Origin: Candidatus Methylomirabilia bacterium | Lineage (GTDB): Bacteria > Methylomirabilota > Methylomirabilia > Rokubacteriales > CSP1-6 | DNA length: 64,000 nucleotides | Direction: 5' to 3' | Assembly: GCA_041497895.1 (NCBI GenBank) | Contig: JBGQHJ010000001.1 | Location: 64,001-128,000 of the forward strand | Part shown: positions 57,035 through 64,000 of the stretch, piece after piece | Layout: every line of letters starts with the position of its first letter | Position numbering within the stretch: position 1 is the first letter of the stretch | The notes under the pieces: model-generated | What the model was told of the DNA's origin: nothing | What the model saw: the letters and a program-made list of their open reading frames with translations, nothing else | Database searches by the model: none | Position numbers and translations under genes: made by a program

Positions 57035-57219
57035 CTCGTCGACAGGCTCGCGGCGGGCGCCGGCGTGCGCCCCGTCGGCCACGGATCCAGGGGGTGGGTC
57101 CGGAGCAGCTCGCGGAAGACCTGGCACCAGCGACACTCCACCCCTCCGTCCATCGTCGAGCAGGTGCACCGGCCCTCGAACTGGTTGGCGATCGCCACGG
57201 CCCTCGCGCGAAGGTTCAT
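57031..57219 (-). CDS. Small CxC...CxxC hypothetical protein
   Basis: GGAGG RBS; RCTC...ECRWCQ. Confidence 0.6.
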   Translation of the reverse strand: MNLRARAVAIANQFEGRCTCSTMDGGVECRWCQVFRELLRTHPLDPWPTGRTPAPAASLSTS

Positions 57220-57306
57220 GACCGGCCTCCGTTGTTACGGAGACCATAGCCCCGGGCTGCGACGCGGGGATGGCGCGGGCGTGAAGAGTCCGTGACGGCG
57301 GGCAGC

Positions 57307-58431
57307 CTACCGGGTGGGAGCGTGGAACGTGGCGTGCTGGGCGGTCCACCGCGCGAGCAGCGCGGGATCGGGCTCCTGCGCGATGCCGGGCACGCGGGAC
57401 GTCGCCACCTCGCCGCGGCCGCTGAGGACGATCTCGGGCTTGCCCGGGTCGTCGTTGTAGAAGTAGGACGAGGGGAAGATGTCGCCGGGGTAGGTGAAGT
57501 TCGGCAGGGTGGCGAGCTCGGCGCAGATGGCCCCGCCCACCGCGGTCTCGAGCATGCCGCCCACCCAGCACGGGATGCCGTGCTCGGCGCACCGCGACTG
57601 GATCATCCGCGACTCGGTGAGCCCGCCCACCCGCGCCATCTTGATGTTCACCACGCGGCAGCTCCCGAGCGCGATGGCCGCCTCCACGTGCGCGAGGCTC
57701 TGGGCGCTCTCGTCGAGGCAGACCGGCGTCGCGAGCTGTCGCTGCAGGGTCGCGTGATTGACGAAGCTCATGCCGTCGTCGGCGAGCGGCTGCTCGATCA
57801 TGGCCAGCCCGAAGCGGTCGAGCGATTTGAAGATCGGCGTGTCGGCCGGGGAGTAGGCCGCGTTGCAGTCCACGTGGATGGTCAAGTCCGGGAACGTCTT
57901 GCGCACCGCCTCCACCATGAACAGGTCCCACCCGGGGCGGAACTTGAGCTTCACCCGCGGGAAGCCCGCGTCGACCGCGCCCTGGATCTTCTCCAGCAGG
58001 AGGTCGAGCGAATCCTGGATCCCGAAGTCGGCCCCGACCGCCACCCGGTCGGCGGTGCCGCCCAGGGCGCGGTGCAGGGGCAGCCCGCGCCGCTTGGCGT
58101 CCAGCACCCACCAGGTGATGTCGAGCGCGGCCCGGGCGAACTGATTGCCCTTGATGAAGGCCAGCCGCTCCAGCAGGTCGTGGGCGGTCTCGATGTCCTG
58201 GCCCACGATTCGCGGCGCCATGTGCTCGCACAGGGTGTGGAAGGTGCCGAGCGTGTGCTCGGCGGAGTAGGCCGGGGTGAAGGGCGGGCAGCTCTCACCC
58301 CAGGCGTGGTGGCCGCCGCCCTCCATGCGCACGAGAATCGTGTCGGTGTAGTGCTGATCCGCGTAGGAGGTCTTCCACACGAAGGCCAGCGGTACCCTCA
58401 CCCAGTAGACGTCGATCGCGTCGATCTTCAT
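57307..58431 (-). CDS. menC: o-succinylbenzoate synthase / N-acylamino acid racemase (enolase superfamily)
   Basis: KLK, DCN, IEQP, LDES, NIK, WVGGMLE; no other men genes nearby. Confidence 0.75.
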   Translation of the reverse strand: MKIDAIDVYWVRVPLAFVWKTSYADQHYTDTILVRMEGGGHHAWGESCPPFTPAYSAEHTLGTFHTLCEHMAPRIVGQDIETAHDLLERLAFIKGNQFARAALDITWWVLDAKRRGLPLHRALGGTADRVAVGADFGIQDSLDLLLEKIQGAVDAGFPRVKLKFRPGWDLFMVEAVRKTFPDLTIHVDCNAAYSPADTPIFKSLDRFGLAMIEQPLADDGMSFVNHATLQRQLATPVCLDESAQSLAHVEAAIALGSCRVVNIKMARVGGLTESRMIQSRCAEHGIPCWVGGMLETAVGGAICAELATLPNFTYPGDIFPSSYFYNDDPGKPEIVLSGRGEVATSRVPGIAQEPDPALLARWTAQHATFHAPTR

Positions 58432-58567
58432 GCGGCGTCGGTTCCTCGTGCCCGTTGGTTCGTGAGGTGCTTGACGTTCTCCGGAAGCCCCGGCATGCTC
58501 CCTGGCGCCGGTGGGGAGACCCGTGTCTCTTGTACCGAGGCTCGTGGTGGTCGTCAACTAGCAAGAG

Positions 58568-59554
58568 GTGCGCGTGCTCGTCCGAGTCCGGGCTTCTGCG
58601 GTCCTGATCGTCGTCGTGCTCTTCCTGGCGCTTGCCGGGCCGGCCGGCGCTCAGGCGGGCAAGCCGATCCCTCGCGTCGGGGTGCTCTCGCCCTTCATCG
58701 GGTCTGACAACGCGTTCTTCGAGACCATCCGGCAGCGCCTCCAGGCGCTCGGCTACGTCGAGGGCCGCACCGTCTCCTATATCTACCGGGCGGCCGAGGA
58801 CTTCGACCAGCTCCAGACCCTCGCGGCCGAGATGGTGAAGCTGAACGTCGCGGTCATCGTCACCGCGGGGCCCCAGGGGGTACGCGCAGCTCGCAACGCC
58901 ACCCGGAGTATTCCCATCGTGATGGGCAACGTGGGGGACGCGGTGGACCAGGGATTTGTCGCGACCCTCGCGCGACCCGGCGGGAACGTGACCGGGCTCT
59001 CGTCGCTCAACACCGAGCTGAGCGCGAAGCGGCTCGAGCTGCTGAAGCAGACCATTCCGTCGCTCTCCCGCGTCGCGGTGCTCCGGGAGGCGGTCGGCGA
59101 CGCCACCCCGCTGGAGGCGGTGCAACGCCGGGCCCGCGCCCTGGGGGTCGGAGTCCAGGTCTTCCAGATCCGCGACGCCGACGAGCTGTCGAGCGCCTTC
59201 ACCGCGATGGGCGACGCCCGGGTGGGCGCTCTCGAGATCCTGCCCGGCTCGATGTTCGTGAGCCAGCTCCGGCGCATCGTCGATCTGGCCGCGACCACCC
59301 GGATTCCCACGATCTTCGCGGACGAGCGCTTCGTGCGGGCGGGTGGGCTCATGAGCTACGGGCCCGACGTCCTGGACCTCTACTCACGCTCGGCCGGATA
59401 TATCGACCGGATCCTGAAGGGGGCGAGCCCGGCCAATCTTCCCGTCGAACAGCCCACCGCCTTTACCCTCGCGATCCACCTGGGAACGGCGGCGCGACTC
59501 GGGGTGACGATCCCGCCCACCTTGCTTCAGCGGGCCGACCTCCTCGTCCGCTGA
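58568..59554 (+). CDS. ABC substrate-binding protein (ABC_sub_bind family)
   Basis: LARPGGNVTG, KRLELLK, GGLMSYG, ILKGA.PA.LPVEQP. Confidence 0.9.
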   Translation: MRVLVRVRASAVLIVVVLFLALAGPAGAQAGKPIPRVGVLSPFIGSDNAFFETIRQRLQALGYVEGRTVSYIYRAAEDFDQLQTLAAEMVKLNVAVIVTAGPQGVRAARNATRSIPIVMGNVGDAVDQGFVATLARPGGNVTGLSSLNTELSAKRLELLKQTIPSLSRVAVLREAVGDATPLEAVQRRARALGVGVQVFQIRDADELSSAFTAMGDARVGALEILPGSMFVSQLRRIVDLAATTRIPTIFADERFVRAGGLMSYGPDVLDLYSRSAGYIDRILKGASPANLPVEQPTAFTLAIHLGTAARLGVTIPPTLLQRADLLVR

Positions 59555-59569
59555 ATGACGGCCGGACCT

Positions 59570-60316
59570 TCACGGCCGCTTGATGAAGATGATCTCCGGC
59601 ACGTTCTCCGGGCTGACGTTCGCCTGGAGCAGCGCCCCTGCGACGTCGCCGACGTTCTCCCAAGTATGGACGAAGGTGCTCGGCTCGAACTGCACGTGGC
59701 CCCGCGTCCGGGCCTCGTGCCGATCTTCGGTGTGCATGGTCCAGGTGCCGGAGAGGACATAGTAGAGGGCGGCGCCTGATCGATGGTGAAGCGGCGGGGC
59801 GGGGATCTTCGGGTTCACGGTCACCCGCGTCAGCGTGAACTCATGGGGCCCCGGCTTGAGCCCGGGGATCGGCTCCGTGCGGGAGATCTCGGCGGGAGAG
59901 GCCGGGCGGGAGTGCAAGACCGAGTCGAGCTCGGCCCGGGTCACCAGCAGGTAGTGAAGAAAGGTGACGGGCGCGGCGGCGCCGGCCGCGAGCGTCGCCC
60001 GGCGCCCCGCGCCCAGGAACGAGCCCTCCCCGTCCTGGAGCGTGCGCCGGTCTCCATCGATCGAGATGGAGAGACTGCCGGAGATCGGGTAAACCATGCC
60101 CTGCGGCCCCGTGTACGGGAGTGACTGCCCGGCCGGGATCGTGACCCGGACGAGGCGGAAGTGGAGCGGCCCGTCGTCGAGCGATGGGATCTTGCTGCTC
60201 GCGAGCACCATCCGGATCGGGCGATCGGCGCGCGGGGGGGAGATCTCCTGGGCCGCGGCCGGGGCCACCGCGAGGAGCGTGAGGCCGAGCAAGGCGATCG
60301 GGCGGCAGAGGATCAT
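59570..60316 (-). CDS. Secreted double-cupin protein
   Basis: Signal peptide; two cupin barrels; LHHRSG...VHTWEN. Confidence 0.75.
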   Translation of the reverse strand: MILCRPIALLGLTLLAVAPAAAQEISPPRADRPIRMVLASSKIPSLDDGPLHFRLVRVTIPAGQSLPYTGPQGMVYPISGSLSISIDGDRRTLQDGEGSFLGAGRRATLAAGAAAPVTFLHYLLVTRAELDSVLHSRPASPAEISRTEPIPGLKPGPHEFTLTRVTVNPKIPAPPLHHRSGAALYYVLSGTWTMHTEDRHEARTRGHVQFEPSTFVHTWENVGDVAGALLQANVSPENVPEIIFIKRP

Positions 60317-60402
60317 GGCTCTCCCTTTCGGGTGACAGACTCGGGAGCCCAACTGCGGGGCACCCCCCATGGTTCCCGGCGCCCCTGACTCCGCGTCGAG
60401 TC

Positions 60403-61170
60403 CTAGTGGGCCCGGGCCACGATGAACAGGCGCCGGAACGGAAACAGCGTGCGCCCGTCCGGGCGTCGCGGGTAGGCCCGCGCCACCAGCGCCGCGTAGA
60501 CCGCCTCGAAGCGCCCGCGCTCCGGCTCGGCGAGCGCGTCGAGCAGCGGCTTGAGCCAGGTCCCCTTCGTCCACTCCTTCACCGGGTCGGCGCCTTCCAG
60601 CACCTGCAGATACTCGGTCTCCCAGACGTCGAGCGCGGCCGCGACCGGGGAGAGGACACCGTAGTAGAAGTCGGGATCGGCCACCGGCGCCGGCCGCAAG
60701 AGCGGCTCGAGCGTGGCGCGCCACGGGCCGGCCAGCGCGGCCTCCGCGATGGCGGTGTGCGAGCGGGCCCCGAAGTTGCGAGGCATCTGCACCGCCAGCA
60801 CGCCGCCCGGCGCCAGGCCGCCCAGCAGCGACGGGAACAGGCGCTCGTGCCCGGGCAGCCAGTGCAGCGCGGCGTTCGAGTAGATGAGGTCGGCCGGCTG
60901 CGACGGCCGCCACGTCGCCAGGTCCGCCTGCTTCCAGGCGATCGCGGGCGCGGTGGCCGCGGCCTTGGCCAGCATCGCCTCCGAATCGTCCACGCCGGTC
61001 ACCCGGGCGTCCGGCCAGCGCTCCTTGATCAGACGCGTCACGTTGCCCGCCCCCGCGCCCAGGTCGTAGATGTCTCGAGGACGGTCGAGATCGATGCGAT
61101 TCAGGAGATCGACCGCCGGCCGCAGCCGGTGATCGGCGAACTTCAGGTACTGAGCGGGGTCCCACGCCAC
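60403..61170 (-). CDS. tam: Trans-aconitate 2-methyltransferase
   Basis: WDPAQYLKF...RP, DLGAGAG, NAALHW, FPFRRLF. Confidence 0.9.
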   Translation of the reverse strand: MAWDPAQYLKFADHRLRPAVDLLNRIDLDRPRDIYDLGAGAGNVTRLIKERWPDARVTGVDDSEAMLAKAAATAPAIAWKQADLATWRPSQPADLIYSNAALHWLPGHERLFPSLLGGLAPGGVLAVQMPRNFGARSHTAIAEAALAGPWRATLEPLLRPAPVADPDFYYGVLSPVAAALDVWETEYLQVLEGADPVKEWTKGTWLKPLLDALAEPERGRFEAVYAALVARAYPRRPDGRTLFPFRRLFIVARAH

Positions 61171-61210
61171 GCCCGGGAGAATACCCTAATCGGCCCCTCG
61201 AGGGGGCGTC

Positions 61211-61241
61211 TTGACCCTCTTTGTCTCGTTTGGTATACAAT
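61211..61241 (+). promoter_or_regulatory. Promoter with overlapping GTATAC-core putative GntR operator
   Basis: TTGACC-17nt-TATACA; near-palindrome TGGTATACAA. Confidence 0.5.
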
Positions 61242-61250
61242 CGACCACCG

Positions 61251-61952
61251 TTGAGCCAGGACGCAGCCTCGCGAATCCGCTTCACCGATCCCGGTCTGAT
61301 TCGAGACCGGGTCGTCGACGCTCTCCGGGACGCCATCATCGCCGGCCGTCTCAAGCCGGGTGAGCGCATCCGCGAGCGCGAGCTGGTCGCGCTGCTGGGG
61401 GTGAGTCGCTCGCCGCTGCGGGAGGCCATCCGCATCCTGGAAACCGAGGGGCTGATCACGTCGCTGGCCTATCGCGGGGCCCGGGTGAGCGAGCTGAGCG
61501 CCACCGACCTGCACGACATGCTGCACGTGCGGATCATGCTGGAGAGCTTCGCGGCGCGGCTCTTCATCGAGCGGCTCGACGAGCGGGCGCTGCAGGCGAT
61601 GCAGGAGCAGGTGGAGCGGGCGCGCGCGCCGGGCTACCAGGTCGATCTGCAGGCGAACTTCGACCTGGGGCTGGAGTTCCACGACCTGCTCGTCGGAGCG
61701 TGCGGCAACCGCAAGGTGGTCCAGCTGCACGAGAACCTCAAGCGCCACCAGACCCGCTACCAGCACTTCGCGTTCGCCCGCCTCGGCCGCGACGTACGCG
61801 CCGTCGACGAGCACGCCGAGATGGTAGCCGCGCTCCGCGCCCGCGACCTGCACGCGGTCGAGCAGAAGATCCGCGCCCACCTCCTGCGCTTCTACGACTA
61901 CCTCGCGCCGCTCCTGCCGGTCGACGACGCGCCCGACCCGGAGGCTCGATGA
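61251..61952 (+). CDS. GntR family (FCD) transcriptional regulator
   Basis: LKPGERI, LGVSRSPLREA, FH...GN...EH...H. Confidence 0.9.
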   Translation: MSQDAASRIRFTDPGLIRDRVVDALRDAIIAGRLKPGERIRERELVALLGVSRSPLREAIRILETEGLITSLAYRGARVSELSATDLHDMLHVRIMLESFAARLFIERLDERALQAMQEQVERARAPGYQVDLQANFDLGLEFHDLLVGACGNRKVVQLHENLKRHQTRYQHFAFARLGRDVRAVDEHAEMVAALRARDLHAVEQKIRAHLLRFYDYLAPLLPVDDAPDPEAR

Positions 61953-63328
61953 GCCACGAGCTGGTGGTGCGCGGCGGGACCGTCGTGACCGCCACCGAGT
62001 CGGTGCGGGCCGACGTGGGCGTCGACGGTGGCCGCGTCACCGCGCTGGTCCCGTCGCTGCCCACCGGCCGCCGGGAGATCGACGCGACCGGGCTGCTCGT
62101 CCTGCCCGGCGGGGTGGACGTGCACACCCATCTCGACGCGGAGGTGGGCGGGGTGCGGAGCGTCGACGATTTCGAGTCGGGCACCGCGGCCGCCGCGTGC
62201 GGCGGCGTCACCACCATCTGCGACTACGCGTGGCAGGCGCGTGGGCAGTCGCTGACCGCCGCGGTCGAGGCCTGGAAGACCAAGGCGGTGGGCCGCGCCC
62301 ACGTCGACTACGGGTTCCACGTCATCGTGAGCGACGCGAGCGACCGGACGCTCGCCGAGATCCCGCGCCTGGTCGACATCGGCTACCCGAGCCTCAAGGT
62401 GTTCATGATCAACGAGTTCGGCATCGGCGACCAGGCGATGGTGCGCGTGCTGGACGCGGCGCGGAAGGTCGGGGTCGTGGTCAACGTGCACGCCGAGAAC
62501 GGCGACATGCTCGATCACTGCACGCGCAACCTGCTCGCGGCCGGGCGCCGCGACCCGCGCTACTACCCGGCGAGCCGGCCCGTGCTCGCGGAGGCCGAGG
62601 CCACCCGCCGGGCCATCGACTACGCGGCGCTGGTCGACGCCGAGATCTACATCGTGCACCTCTCGTGCGCCGACGCGCTCGAGGCGGTGAGCGCGGCCCG
62701 CCGGCGCGGGGTGCGGGTGTGGGCGGAGACGCGGCCGATCTACCTGGCGCTGACCGAGGAGCGCTACGCGGCGGGCGGGGCCGAGGCGGCCAAGTTCGTG
62801 GGCGCCCCGCCGCTGCGCACCGCGCGCGACCAGGCTGCGCTCTGGGAGGGCCTGCGCTCGGGCGACATCCAGGCCATCGGCAGCGACAACACTTCGTGGA
62901 CCGTCGAGCAGAAGGGGGCGGGGGCCCAGGACTTCACCCGGGTGCCGTACGGGGTGCCGGGGCTCGAGACCGAGATGCCGGTGATCTACTCGGAGGGCGT
63001 GAGCCAGGCCCGAATCTCGCTGCAGACCTTCGTGGCCGCGTTCTCGACCAACCCCGCGCGCATCTTCGGGCTGTACCCGCAGAAGGGTACGATCGCGGTG
63101 GGCAGCGACGCGGACATGGTGCTCTTCGATCCGGCGGGCAAGGGCGTGGTCGACGAGCGGCAGCTCCACTCGCGGGCCGGCTACGACCCGTTCAACGGCT
63201 TCGAGCTCCGCGGGGTGCCGACGCTGACGCTCTCGCGCGGCGACGTCGTGGCGCGGCAGGGCCAGCTCGTGAGCCAGGCCGGGCGCGGGCGGCACCTGCT
63301 CCGCCGCCGGACGAGCACGGGCGTCTAG
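61949..63328 (+). CDS. hydA: Dihydropyrimidinase / D-hydantoinase
   Basis: PGGVDVHTH, LKVFM, VHAEN, VHLS, SD, GSDAD. Confidence 0.85.
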   Translation: MSHELVVRGGTVVTATESVRADVGVDGGRVTALVPSLPTGRREIDATGLLVLPGGVDVHTHLDAEVGGVRSVDDFESGTAAAACGGVTTICDYAWQARGQSLTAAVEAWKTKAVGRAHVDYGFHVIVSDASDRTLAEIPRLVDIGYPSLKVFMINEFGIGDQAMVRVLDAARKVGVVVNVHAENGDMLDHCTRNLLAAGRRDPRYYPASRPVLAEAEATRRAIDYAALVDAEIYIVHLSCADALEAVSAARRRGVRVWAETRPIYLALTEERYAAGGAEAAKFVGAPPLRTARDQAALWEGLRSGDIQAIGSDNTSWTVEQKGAGAQDFTRVPYGVPGLETEMPVIYSEGVSQARISLQTFVAAFSTNPARIFGLYPQKGTIAVGSDADMVLFDPAGKGVVDERQLHSRAGYDPFNGFELRGVPTLTLSRGDVVARQGQLVSQAGRGRHLLRRRTSTGV

Positions 63329-63377
63329 CCGCCCGCAACTGCAGTGCACTGCTTCTCGTGAGGAATGGAGGCCGGGG

Positions 63378-64000
63378 ATGAGGTACTGGGCGGGGGCGCT
63401 TCTGGCGGGACTGGTGGCGGCGACGGTGGGCTTCGGGACGGCGGGACCCGCGCAGGCGGCCTGCGAGCCCGACAAGGTGGCGACGAAGTATCCGGGGCTG
63501 GCCGGCAAGACGCTCAAGGTCGGGCTCGACCCGACGCTGCCGCCGATCATGTACCGTGATCCGAGCAACCCGAGCAAGATCATCGGCCAGGACCCCGACA
63601 TGGTCGAGGCGGCCATGAAGTGCCTCGGGCTCAAGTACGAGCTGGTGGGCCTCGACTTCGGGACGCTGGTCCCCACGCTCCAGGCCGGGCAGATCCAGCT
63701 GATCTGGTCGAACATCTACTACACGCCGGCGCGGGCCCAGGCCGCCGACTTCGTGAACTACGCGACCACCGGCACCGCCGGGATCGTCAAGAAGGGCAAC
63801 CCGAAGAACATCAAGACCATCGAGGACGTCTGCGGCAAGCGGGCGGCGCCGATCCTGGGCACCGTCGAGGACAAGGGCTTCCAGGACGCGAGCGCCAAGT
63901 GCGTGGCCGCGGGCAAGCCCGCCATCGAGATCACCCCGTACCCGAACGCGCCCGCGACCTCGCGCGCCCTCGAGAACGACCGGGCCGACGTCTCGATGTA
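63378..64000 (+). CDS. Amino-acid ABC substrate-binding protein (family 3), 3'-truncated by window edge
   Basis: MRYWAGALLAG signal; LKVGLDPTLPP...G.DPD...F..LVPTLQAG; open to the window end. Confidence 0.85.
   Translation, partial: MRYWAGALLAGLVAATVGFGTAGPAQAACEPDKVATKYPGLAGKTLKVGLDPTLPPIMYRDPSNPSKIIGQDPDMVEAAMKCLGLKYELVGLDFGTLVPTLQAGQIQLIWSNIYYTPARAQAADFVNYATTGTAGIVKKGNPKNIKTIEDVCGKRAAPILGTVEDKGFQDASAKCVAAGKPAIEITPYPNAPATSRALENDRADVSM

Noticed and set aside
1..64000. CRISPR arrays, tRNA/rRNA, transposases, integrases, prophage or defence operons
   Set aside because: None recognised by eye or in the ORF track; no computational scan was possible

Overview
A very GC-rich (about 70% or more by eye), gene-dense bacterial window. 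Its many substrate-binding proteins, LLM oxidoreductases, amidohydrolases, cupins, SDRs and tiny Cys-rich ORFs resemble Candidatus Rokubacteria (inference only). I found no rRNA, tRNA, CRISPR array, transposase or phage gene. Most of the window is mixed small-molecule catabolism and transport, plus DNA-repair genes (YcaQ-like, endonuclease IV-like). Main highlights: (1) a selenoprotein missed by the ORF track at 37944-38687 (-), a glutaredoxin with a U-S-S-C motif (in-frame TGA plus a SECIS-like hairpin) fused to a DinB-like domain; (2) a ~250-nt structured leader at 56021-56272 with a tandem-duplicated motif, a uORF and a terminator/antiterminator, upstream of a dienelactone hydrolase; (3) a lower-GC island of micro-lipoprotein genes at 38797-40248; (4) a REP-like palindrome found inside two coding sequences; (5) a four-repeat His protein divergent from a His-lined LVIVD propeller; (6) many apparently leaderless promoters. 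All product calls come from motif recognition, not database searches.
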